From positions 18,042,001 to 18,106,000 of the forward strand of contig OX597837.1 of NCBI GenBank assembly GCA_951406725.2: a stretch of DNA of 64,000 bases. Reading direction: 5' to 3'. The notes beneath the pieces were generated by a model. The model worked only from the letters and a program-made list of their open reading frames with translations. It ran no database searches and was not told where the DNA came from. Below are positions 28,031-39,212 of the stretch, in pieces. Position numbers and translations under genes: made by a program. Within the stretch, counting starts at the first letter, position 1, and each line of letters starts with the position of its first letter. The DNA is from Octopus vulgaris. Lineage: Eukaryota.

Positions 28031-28448
28031 GAACGAATGCTTTTTAGCAATTGACATTTGGTGTATGAGAGAGTTTGATGCAGCTGCCCTCATCTGCACC
28101 TCCTGCCGTGAAGTTGGTTCATCTGGGATACCTGACAGGAAGAGGTCCAGCTTTATTTTAAAGACATCTGCATCCATCCTTCGGGAGGATATTGAAGAGC
28201 TGTGGACTTCTGAAGCCCAGGCTATCACAGTATCTTGTCCTACATCTTGATGGCAAATTTGGAGTCCTTGGCACTATGCAGTAGTGCCCAGTTCTGGTAT
28301 TTGTGTAACTCTCAATGCCAAAGTTTGGGACAAGTCCTTCCAGGATCTTCCAGATGTATATTATGGCATATCTTTCTCGCCTACTCTCTAAGGAATAGAG
28401 TCTTAATCTCTTGAGTTTTTCCCAATAGCTTATATGCTGTACAGCGGC
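28031..28448 (-). mobile_element. CR1-like LINE ORF2 C-terminus
   Basis: SYWEKLKRLRLYSLESRRERYAIIYIWKIL...SLGFRSPQLFNILP...FKIKLDLFLSGIPDEP. Homologous to 53190-53797. Confidence 0.8.
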
Positions 28449-28500
28449 TATATATGCATATGTATATGTGTATATGTGTATATATATATATATATGTATA

Positions 28501-29599
28501 TTGGTAGGCAACAAAAGAATGAAAGAGACCTCGATATTATGTAAATAGAGGAATTTATTTGTAATATAATGTGACAAATTATTCAATTCTCATGATAAAT
28601 CTCCAAGTTTCAGATGTCGGAGCAGAAACCCGCACCGGCATCTCTTCAATTATCGAGGCAATTAAAATATTCTATGAACATAACCGTTAAACAAAGGGAA
28701 ATTACTATGTAGATGATTGTTTTTAAGACAAAAGAGCTGAAGGGGAGGGAGTAAAAAGTAAAAGGTAGAGGAGTAAGAAATCATAGAACTTGTTTTTTTA
28801 CATTCTATCCACATACACGCTTTTTATCTCTTTATACTTTTTATATATATATATTTCTTATATATTTTTACATATTTTTTACATACTTGGATATTTTTTA
28901 ATATTTTTATTGCCTTATTTATTTTTACACCTTTTTTTCCTGTATTTTACCTTCCACCTGCATTTTTCTTGTGCATGTGTATATGAAATTTGTGTGTGTG
29001 TGTGTGGGGGGGGTTATGCGCATCTAAGTGAGCATATGCACATATAGCATGTATGTGTTTTAGACATGCATTTGAATATAACTTTGAGTGTATGGTTATG
29101 TGCACGTGTGTGAGTGTGCACACATTTATACTTGAATATAACTGCGCACGTATGGGTATGGGCACGTGTGTGTGTGTGTGCGCTTGTGTGGATTTCTATA
29201 CATGTACATGCATGATTGCGTCTATTTTAGGTATGTGTGGGTGCACATGTGTGTGTTTCATGCGAGTCTGAGTTGACATGTGCATATAGTCACATGTACG
29301 TGGGAGTGCATGCACACATGTGTATGCATGTAAATGTGCATGCACATGATTGCTATGAGCTTTCTAACTCCTTTACCTTTTACTTTTTACTTCCCCGCCT
29401 TTTGTTTTTTCCCTTACTTAACGGTCATTCTAATAGCTCTTTTGTCATTTACATAGTAATTCCGTTTGTTTAATGGTCATTTTCATAGCTTATTTTAATT
29501 GCCTCAATAACTGTAGAGATGCCAGTACAGGTTGCCACCCCAATATCCGAAACTCAGAGTTTTATCATGGCAACCAAATAATTTGTCACATATTATATT

Positions 29600-29606
<7 letters not shown>
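28501..29606. mobile_element. Penelope-like insertion: inverted partial pLTR (28501-28788, -) head-to-head with a longer copy (28789-29606, +)
   Basis: 28555-28785 reverse-complements to ~29370-29605. Both arms carry a degenerate hammerhead (gataa-YTGWAGA-gatgcc..atc-yGAAAC..ttatc). The body matches the 3' UTR of the PLE at 10381-11165. Confidence 0.75.
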
Positions 29607-29642
<36 letters not shown>

Positions 29643-29644
<2 letters not shown>

Positions 29645-31340
29645 ATCATCAAGCAGTGTTTTAAATCCTGGTTTTGTCCCCGTTAACAGGGGTGGCTGGA
29701 TGTACCTCAGTCCCACACCAACTGCCCTTACACTGTCTCACCATCTTACCCAGTTTTGGGTATCCTCCTTTCTCAAACCAACCTTCCCAATCTCCTCTTC
29801 CACCTGTCCCATCAGTCTACCTCACTTTGGCAGCCCATTTATCTCAAACTCAAGCACCCTCCTCGGCATATACTTCTCATCCCTCCTCAACACATGCCCA
29901 TACCACTGCACTCCATTTGCCCTTGCCAGCCATTCCACCAATTCCTCCAACCCCAGCATCCCCATCAAGTCCCCATTCCTCCTCTTATCAAACAGCTTCA
30001 CACCACACATTTCTCTCATCATTGCTCTCTCAGTCCTTCTCAAAATTACCATCTCTTTCCCCCTCAGACACCATGTCTCACTCCCATACAGCATTGCAGC
30101 TCTCATACAACTCCTATAGACCCTTCCTTTCATCTTCAATGAGAACCTTTTTCCATATAACAACACTCCACATTCCCTGAACTTCACCCAGCCAAGTCTC
30201 ACTCTTGCTGTCACAGCTGCTTCAATCCCACCACTTACATCCACCCTATCTCCCAAATAACAAAACCCTTTCCTCCTCGTCACTTAGTGTTTCTATTGAT
30301 TCTGCCAGCCCTCCTGCTCCTTTCTCACATCTTCCACAAACAAGCTCTCTTGCCAGTCTTGGGGTCACCTTATTCATTTTTGTACATCAAACATGAATCC
30401 ATTTCTCACATCTTATACACAACACTGTGGAGGCGCAATGGCCCAGTGGTTAGGGCAGCGGACTCGCGGTCGTAGGATCGCGGTTTCGATTCCCAGACCG
30501 GGCGTTGTGAGTGTTTATTGAGCGAAAACACCTAAAGCTCCACGAGGCTCCGGCAGGAATGGTGGTGATCCCTGCTGTACTCTTTCACCACAACTTTCTC
30601 TCACTCTTACTTCCTGTTTCTGTTGTACCTGTATTTCAAAGGGCCGGCATTGTCATTCTCTGTGTCACGCTGAATATCCCCGAGAACTACGTTAAGGGTG
30701 CACGTGTCTGTGGAGTGCTCAGCCAGTTACACGTTAATTTCACGAGCAGGCTGTTCCGTTGATCGGATCAACCGGAACCCTCGTCGTCATAACCGACGGA
30801 GTGCTTCCACTGTTCTACTTTTAGAAGAGAAGAGAGACACAACACTGCATTTGCTATTTCCCTTCTCTCACATACACCTCATGGATCCACCTTACACACT
30901 AACACTTCTCCTTCCATCCTGCTCACTATCAACTTTGTCTTCCTGAGGTTTACCTTCAAACCTTTGCTTTCAAACACCTCCTTCCATTTCCAAAGCTTCT
31001 CCCTCAATTCCTCTATCGTCTCACTCATCAGAACAAGGTCATCTGCATACAGTATCTCCAGTCCCTCTCTTCCACTCTCCGTCACCACATCAACCACTAT
31101 TGCAAGCAAGAATGGTGACAACACAGATCCCTGATGCACACCAACTTTCACCGCAAACTCCTCCGACAGCTCTGATCCAATTCTAACTCTTGTCTTTACT
31201 CCTTCGTGCATACTCATCACTACCCTCACTTTTACATGTAGCATACCTCTCTTCCTGAATGCCCACTCAGTCACCTTCCTTGGAATCCTATCAAATGCCT
31301 TCTCCAGATCAATGAAGTACATGTACAACTTCTCCTTATT
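29643..31340 (-). mobile_element. RTE LINE (family B), interrupted by a SINE
   Basis: FIDLEKAFDRIPR, GVHQGSVLSP, ILYADDL, GLKVNLRKTK, PHD-type finger split by the SINE, FCYLGD, MLYGSETW, QWYGHVLRR. Protein and 3' UTR clearly differ from family A. Confidence 0.9.
30428..30836 (+). mobile_element. Young tRNA-derived SINE (tRNA-Arg-like head) with 11-bp TSD
   Basis: A-box tggcccagtgg and B-box ggtttcgattcc; CpG-rich; flanked by ACACAACACTG at 30417-30427 and 30837-30847. Removing it restores the RTE frame (ANAVLCIRCEKWIH). A diverged 3' fragment lies at ~37350-37470 (-). Confidence 0.88.
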
Positions 31341-31368
31341 TTGGTATATATATGTAGATATATGTATT

Positions 31369-32900
31369 ATCATCATCATCATCATTTAACGTCCGTTTTC
31401 CATGCTAGCATGGGTTGGACGGTTTGACCAGGGTCTGATAAGCCATGGAGGCTGCACCAGGCTCTAGTCTGATTTGGCAGCATTTCTACAGCTGGATGCC
31501 CTTCCTAACGCCAACCACTCCGTGAGTGTTGTGGGTGTTTTTTTACGTGCCACCGGCACAGGGGCTAGAGCAGGCTGGCAAACGGCCATGATCCGTTGAT
31601 GCTTTTACGTGTCACCGACATGGACGCCAGTGAGGCGGCCCTGGCATCTGCAACGTTTGGACGGTGCTGCAACGTTTGGACAGGTGTCTTAACTACAAGT
31701 TCCATTTGAATTTTTATTTTGATGTTGATGTACTTGACTCAATAGGTCTCCTCAAGAACAGCAGGTCACCCTACGATCCAAGATTAGCACAACAGGCCGT
31801 CCTGCGAGCCATGAACTCACTTCATTTGTCAGGTCTTCGAAGTCACGGCATATCTCCAGAGGTCTCGGTCTTTAGTCATAGCCTCTGTGAGACTCAAAGT
31901 ATGAAGGTCATTCTTGACCACCTCGTCCCATGTCTTCCTAGGTCTACCGCTACCCCGGATTCCTTTTACAGTTTGGGAGTGGCACTTCTTCACACATCTC
32001 TCCTCATCCATCCGTAGTACATGACCATACCAATGCAATAGTCTCTCCTGCACGCTGCATCCAATGCTTCTTATGCATGGACACTGACATTACACATCCA
32101 GCGGATCATGCTAGCTTCATTTCTTTCAAGCCTACGCATGTCCTCTGGTGTTACAGCCCATGTTTCACTACCGTGAAGCATGGCAGTTCACACATGTGCG
32201 TCGTACAATCTACCTTTCACTCTGAACGGGAGACCCTTAGTCGCCAGTAGGGGAAGAAGCTTCCCAGGCTATTCTTATTCTAGTGGTAACACTCTCTGAG
32301 CATCCACCCCTGCTACTGACTTGGTCACCTAGGTAGCAGAAACTATCAACTACTTCTAGTTTCTCCCCAAGGAGTGTAATGCAATCTGTTTTCTGAGTAT
32401 CAATGGTGTCTATTGCCCCTGTGCATCTGCTACACACGAAAGCTATCTTCTCGGTTAATTTTCCTTTGATATTGCTGCACCTCTTATGTGTCCATAGCTT
32501 ACACTGGGTACATCTTATGGAGTTTCTACCTACACCTTTTCTACAGATCGAGCAGGGCCACCTACCTGAAGAGGTGTGTGGTGAGTTTGCCTTCCTACTT
32601 ACTAGAACTTTGGTCTTTGCTACATTGACTCTAAGGCCTTTTGATTCGAAACCTAGCTTCCACACCCGAAATTTCTTCTAGTTCAGGTAGTGATTCTGCT
32701 ATGAGGGCTAGGTCATCAGCATAGAGGAGCTCCCAGGGACAACCCATCTTAAATTCCTCTGTTATTGCCTGGAGGACTATGATGAATAGAAGGGGGCTGA
32801 GCCTTGGTGGACGCCAACTTCTACTTGGAATTCTTCACCGTACTCATTGCCTATCCTAACCTTGCTAACAGCCTCTCTGTAAAGGGCCTGTACAGCCCAT
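31369..32900 (-). mobile_element. RTE LINE (family A), 5'-truncated, with 3' UTR
   Basis: YADD at ~32715, ORF 32237-32665 with intact C4HC3 finger, LHWYGHVLRM, GRPRKTW; (gat)n tail at ~31369-31385. Confidence 0.92.
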
Positions 32901-33887
32901 TTATTACTTTGTGTGTGTAGTTAGTGATTTATTTGCATAACTCTTTAGATGCTGTCATCTATATCTTATAAAGATATCTGATTGTTATGGGATGAGCTAT
33001 AAATTTTGTTCCTACTAATCAGTTTGAGTCACTTGAAGGAGTCAATAGTTTGATTCCTGAAACAGTGTTACAATTAATGGTATAAGATTAGCCGTTAAGG
33101 AACTCCATTGATGACATTCATATAGCAGTTCAAGTTTTTTAGGGGTTTTTTGCTAAGGGACACAGCAGGTTGTTTCTATATGTGCAGTTTCTCAGGGGCA
33201 CAAAGGCAGTAATTTGACTTTCAGATGAACAAGAAGGAGTCATCATGTGTATGCTCCTCAAGATGTATATTGGAGGAGATCTGGTCTTCAAAAAGACCAA
33301 CTAATGAAAGTAACGGACATATTTTAGGTTTGTTAGACTTCTTCAGCTAAGCATTTTCTATTTGGCAAGATTAAGAGTGCGTATAATATATATAGTAGCT
33401 AATGGTCATATTAAGAAGAAATGGTGGGATCTCAGTGTGTTAGCTGACCTGCTCTAAATAGCCACCAAATCTTCCTTAATTTCTCCCCACTAGCTCTTCA
33501 AAGGATACATTGGACAATACATCTATCTCTGATGTACAAAAAATTAAGATGGGCATGGTTGAAAAGTATTTGATAATCCTCTAAATAACAACAAAACCAA
33601 TTCTAATCTCATCATCCAAGTCAAGTGACTTTTATTGTTAGTTGTCTACTAGATCATCAAATGTATTCCAACCATGACCATTCTGATTTTCTTCTGTATT
33701 GTCCAATGTATCCTTCTTTGGATGGTAGAGTGTAATTTAAAGGAGATATGGCTGCAAATGTGGTGTTCATTATTTTCTAGTTTCTTACAAGTGCACTACA
33801 TATAAATTAGTTTTGAGGATTACTTAAGAATTAAGACATGTTAACTTGTGAGGTACCAGAAAATAGCTAGGTACAAACACATAAGTT

Positions 33888-34146
33888 GGGTAACCCAAAA
33901 TTCAAAGTCACATTTCCTTGTAAAACTTATTATACATACATGTATGCATGCATACATACATGCCTTCTTAAACAAGAATATTTGACAGTGACTTTGAAGT
34001 TTGGGCTGGCCAAGTCATCATCAGACAATGGCTGAAACTTCGAAGTCACTGTCGATAATGTTTTTGCTTAAGAGTAATAAATTCATACAGAAGTTTCGAG
34101 TAAGCCATCAAATTAGTGTAAAAATGTTTTTATTATAACTGAACAT
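33888..34146. mobile_element. Short Penelope-type element with internal inverted repeat and hammerhead motifs
   Basis: Arms 33967-34006 and 34031-34072 are inverted. Contains GAAAC-TTCGAA-GTC-actgtc and minus-strand CTGATGA. Homologous to 35300-35623, 61815-61950 and 63370-63440. Confidence 0.65.
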
Positions 34147-34206
34147 GTTACTACATAGATATATACCTAAAGATTGTCTATAAATTTAGCCATATACATA
34201 CATACA

Positions 34207-34240
<34 letters not shown>

Positions 34241-34254
34241 CATATATGTATGTG

Positions 34255-34290
<36 letters not shown>

Positions 34291-35147
34291 TTCATTCAAT
34301 ATCAAATTAAAGTAGTGGTAGTGTTGTAAACATTATTGACAACACATAGTGTGTTTTGTTCACCGGTTCATTGTGCTATAGTGCTTGAGGGATGACTCCC
34401 TCGTAACATTGGGTGTTAAAACACCTGAAAGTCATAGACAGATGAGAAAACACACCTCCAATTGAATTCAGGTGTGATGGATACAGATACTTCACCATTT
34501 TTGTGGCTTATCAACATATAACTGTGTACGTGTGTGTGCGCGTGTGCATGCAATGTGTATGGTTCAAATTTACATAAAACAAAAGACAAAGACAGGTGAA
34601 AGAACAACAAGTAGGGATACTAGTTTAACGCTCAGGAAGAATGAAAAAGTCTTTGACCTTTCAAGCCTACACTCTTCAAAAGAAAAAAACAGAGAGAGGG
34701 AAAAAATGTGTGGATTCTATTCATCATCATAATTTACTGTCTACTTTTCCATACTTGCTTGGGTCAGGTGGAATTTGTTGAGGCAGATTTTCTACAGTTG
34801 TATGCCCTTTCTGCCACCAACCCTCACCTGTTTCCTAGCAAAGTAATATTTTCCCATTGTCTGACAGTTTGTCACCAAAGGCTGGAAGTGAACAACTTCA
34901 CTTGTGTTATGATGGTGCTCATTTTCATCAATCATGTGACATTTAGACAAAGGTACACATTATTACACACAGACACCCACACACATATATGACTGGCTTC
35001 CTTTAGTTTTCTATCAATGAGATCCTCTCATAAACTTTTGATCTCCCCAAAACTGCAGTGGAAGACACTTGCCTGAGGTGCTGTGCTGTGGGACTGAATC
35101 TAAGATTGCATAGTTAGGAAGCAAGCTTGTTAAGCTCACAGCCATAG

Positions 35148-35190
<43 letters not shown>

Positions 35191-35299
35191 GAGGGGTTTT
35201 TTATGTGAAGTTACTTATAAAAACAATTTAACATTCTACTGAAAGATTACTCAATATTTTTCAATAGAGTACACATTTATTAACCTCTCTAATGAAAAG

Positions 35300-35623
35300 G
35301 TTGACTGAGTTCAAAATTTCAACCTGCTCGCCTTCATCAGACTGCTGAAGGTGAGTAACCCAAAATTCGAAGTCACATTTCCTTGTGAAAATTATCATAT
35401 ATACATATGTACATACATACAAGCATACATTCTTAAACAAGAATATTATTGACAAAGACTTTGAAAATTTGGCCATCCCAGGCATCATCAGACAGTGGCT
35501 TAGCTGAACAAAACTTCAAAGTCACTGTCAATAATATTCTTGCTTAAGAGAAATAAATTTGTACAAAAGTATAGAGTAAGCCATCAGATTAGTGTTAAAA
35601 TGTTTTTATCATAACTGAACATG
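35300..35623. mobile_element. Second copy of the multi-hammerhead short element
   Basis: Collinear with 33888-34146. CTGATGA on the minus strand at ~35334-35340 and ~35485-35491, plus a plus-strand CTGCTGA-a-gg..cc-aAAATTCGAAGTC variant. Confidence 0.65.
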
Positions 35624-37297
35624 AAAATAAAGAATGTATTCAAAAGGAATTGAGATTTGGTTCACTAGCTTAATGATTGGAAACAAACAACTCAGAGTAC
35701 TGGAAATCAGAGCCTTTCAGTTATAATGTATTAAAGAATACTCCACATCCATGTTGAGTCCTGTAGTTTATTGCTGTGTGTGTGGGTGGGGGGTGTATAC
35801 ACTGGTCAAACAAAATGTTTTGCTGACAATTTTTAATCATTTGAATTAATTGCACATTAAAATTATTCGAGTTATAGAAAGATATATAACACCTATATCA
35901 TTCGAAAGAGAAAAAAATTCTACTTCAACTGTAAAAAGTAAAATAATTTTATACAGTTTTGTTAAAAATATATTAATGAAAGAATAGAACTGTCATCATC
36001 AGTCTAAAATTTATTTTGGCCAGTGTATGTGTATGTATGTATATATATGTGTGTGTGTGTGTACAAATATATATGTGAATGAGAGAGAGACATGAGGTGT
36101 CACATAAAATATATGTAGTGATCCAACTTAGATGTATCTGAATACTTAACTTCATGTACAAAATTCCCAAAGGACCCTCTATTCAATCTGCTGCTAGAAA
36201 TGGCAGCCAAGTCTCTTTTAAATCATACCCTACTGTCTTAAAAATGAAAGAGTTCGTTAGATAATAATATTCAGTAAGCTTTAAAATGATGAAATGGTCA
36301 TGGTTTCAATATCTTTGATCACAGGTCTACTCAGTGAGAGCAAACCTGTAGTTAAACAACATCCCTCACTTGAATCTATATTTGCAGTCCATATTTTATA
36401 AATCCATATTTATCCCACTACCTTTGTTTAAAAAAAATTACTTTCTGTCTTTCTACTTACTACTTTGTGTGTGTGTGTGTGTGTGTGTGATAGTCATATG
36501 TAGTCTAACATTTCTAACACAATGCATCAAACACAGCCTGCCGATCTCTCACAACTGACCCCCAGATATCTTCTCTCTGTTGACAACAGAAATATCAGCC
36601 AACCACTGTACACACACACACACACACACACACACCTTCAGCCAGGGAATATAATGTGATGTGCAGTGAGCATTCACTGTTCCATGGTCACAAACATTGT
36701 CACACCATCTGATATCTCTTCATAATGTTTGTGCGTCTTTGTGTGTGTGTGTGTGTGTGCGCGGTTCAATACCACTGAGTCAGGAGGCGATTAAGCAGGG
36801 TAAGAGAGTATTGATGGTGGTGAGGAAATACGTGGGTGGGGGACATAATGGGGAAAGCTGACATTGGGAGGAGGTGTGGAGTGATGGCTGTGTGCACAGT
36901 AACTCCTCTATCCCAGTCTAATACAGAATTCATAAAACTCCCCCAAGGATAAAACATTGTGTTCCCATTCATGTACATCAAATACACATCTTTTTGTCTC
37001 AAATTAGATTAGTAGTGGTGGTGGTGGTGGTGATGGTGGTAGAAGTAATGGCTATGCCATTGCTGGTGGTGGTAGTGATGGTAATAATGTCTGTACTTGT
37101 GGTAGTGGTGGTGATAATGCTGAAAAGTCAAAATTTGAAAGATTCAGCAAAGATTAAGGAGCAAATGAAACTGAATAGATGAAATATTATTAGATTATAA
37201 CTGGGAAAATATGGGGTCAGGATTGATTTCTGACTCTTACTTAACTAACTTTAAATGCATGTGTCCACTCTTCCTATGTATTGGTGTGTGTGTGTGT

Positions 37298-37340
<43 letters not shown>

Positions 37341-37840
37341 TATGAATGGCTCTGTCAGTTTCAGTAGAAAGGATTCAGCTGTTTGATCATCTGGGTTACC
37401 AGCTCATTGTACGTGACAGACTATTCCACAAACACATGTGCATCTAACATAATTCTCATGCACAGTCTGACATGTCATTTCTTTTTCAATTACTGGTACA
37501 ATCCAACCTAGGTGGGGAGGGGGGCTCCGTACAGTTTCTGTCTACCCAGTTTCTTTGGGCTGACCAAAGCCGTGTGAGTGGATTTGGTAGATGGAGTATA
37601 TATCTATGTATATGTATTTGTGTCTGTGTTTGTCCCCCACCACTGCTTGACAACCAGTGTTGGTGTGTTTATGTCCTCATAACTTAGTGGTTTGGCAAAA
37701 GAGACTGATAGAATAAGTACTAGACTTAAAAAAGTCCTGGGGTTGATTTGGGTTAGGGTTAATTGTTCGACTAAAAGCCTTCGGGGAAGAGCTCCATCAT
37801 GACCACAGTCAGCTGATTGAAACAAGTAAAAGAATAAATA

Positions 37841-38247
37841 GGCGCAGGAGTGGCTGTGTGGTAAGTAGCTTGCTAACCAACCACATGGTTCCGGGTTCAG
37901 TCCCACTGCGTGGCATCTTGGGCAAGTGTCTTCTGCTATAGCCCCGGGCCGACCAATGCCTTGTGAGTGGATTTGGTAGACGGAAACTGAAAGAAGCCTG
38001 TCGTATATATGTATATATATATATGTATGTGTGTGTTTGTGTGTCTGTGTTTGTTCTCCTAGCATTGCTTGACAACCGATGCTGGTGTGTTTACGTCCCC
38101 GTCACCTAGCGATTCGGCAAAAAGAGACCGATAGAATAAGTACTGGGCTTACAAAAAGAATAAGTCCTGGGGTCGAGTTGCTCAACTAAAGCCTGTGCTT
38201 CGGCATGGCCGCAGTCAAATGACTGAAACAAGTAAAAGAGTAAAAGA
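37841..38247 (+). mobile_element. Young full-length tRNA/CORE-like SINE (octopus-type) with CR1-like tail
   Basis: ggcgcaggagtggctgtgtggtaag (A-box), gggttcagtccc (B-box), CORE-like cttgggcaagtgtctt, internal (TA/TG)n, tail cagcatggccgcagtcaaatgactgaaacaagtaaaaga. Near-identical to 56021-56414 (-); a partial tandem copy precedes it at ~37530-37835. Confidence 0.9.
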
Positions 38248-38271
38248 TATATATATATATATATATATATA

Positions 38272-39125
38272 TGGGGCAATGGGTAAATTGTTGCCATTTA
38301 TATTTTTAATTTCACACATGCACATTGTTTGTTTTTGATTTTGTTCACTACACAGTATAATAGGGTCAACTGGGCATTGTCTGCGTGAAAATCAGCACCT
38401 TGACGCAATTCACTCTGCTGGAAATTTGGAAACGACATGCTGTACTGCTTAGCATTAGCACCAGAAGCTCCAATATGATCATTTCAGAGTGTTTGTGTGT
38501 CAATCTGAGGACATGTATTGAGAGTGATAAAAATCAAACATCCAGTCAACATCATGGTGTTTGGATTGATCACTAGTGATGGCAATGTTATGTTTCCATT
38601 TATCTTCCCACACGGCCTCAGATTCAGCATGGAGGCCTACATCAGGTGCCTGGAGGTGGTAGTTCTGCCCAGGGTGAAGAGGGTGGCTACTGGAAGACCC
38701 TATGTCTGACAACAGGAATCTGCACCATGCCACAGAAGCAGGGGAACTCAGTCGTGGCTGTCAGACAATTTCTGTGACCATACCACCCCTAACACCTGGC
38801 CACCTAACTTCCCAGGCTGCAATCCCCCTTGATTATTATGCGTGGGCACAATTGAGCAAGAGACCAACAAAACTCCTTGTAATACCAAAGAGGAACTGAA
38901 GGCAAGGATTATGGCAGCATTCAGCAACTTAAACAAGGAGACCGTCCAGAAGAGTTGCAAGAGATTCTGAAGTCATTTGGAGGCCATGGTTGAAGCCAAT
39001 GGTGATTTTATTGAATAAATTTACTCTTCAGTATTTCCAGACATTTTAATGTAATTTTGCTAAATATATCTGTTAAAATGAGATGTCAGTGTTATTTCCC
39101 TTTTTTGCATAATTGAGACGACAGT
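38272..39125 (+). mobile_element. Internally deleted maT (DD37D) Tc1/mariner-superfamily element
   Basis: IMVFGLITSDG, YV*QQ(E)SAPCH, then exactly 37 residues (across one frameshift) to WPPNFPGCNPLD-Y; C-terminus F*SHLEAMVEANGDFIE. Starts in (TA)n. Confidence 0.8.
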
Positions 39126-39129
39126 CACA

Positions 39130-39136
39130 CACACAG

Positions 39137-39208
<72 letters not shown>
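39130..39208. repeat. (CA)n microsatellite, representative of dozens of (TA)n/(CA)n/(CT)n/(TACA)n tracts (e.g. 14690-14755, 15960-16010, 20028-20073, 22568-22640, 51230-51325)
   Basis: Directly visible; these tracts generate most of the spurious ORFs. Confidence 0.98.

Positions 39209-39212
<4 letters not shown>

Noticed and set aside
30428-30505. tRNA-Arg-like sequence
   Set aside because: It is the head of a TSD-flanked SINE with an imperfect acceptor stem, not a tRNA gene.
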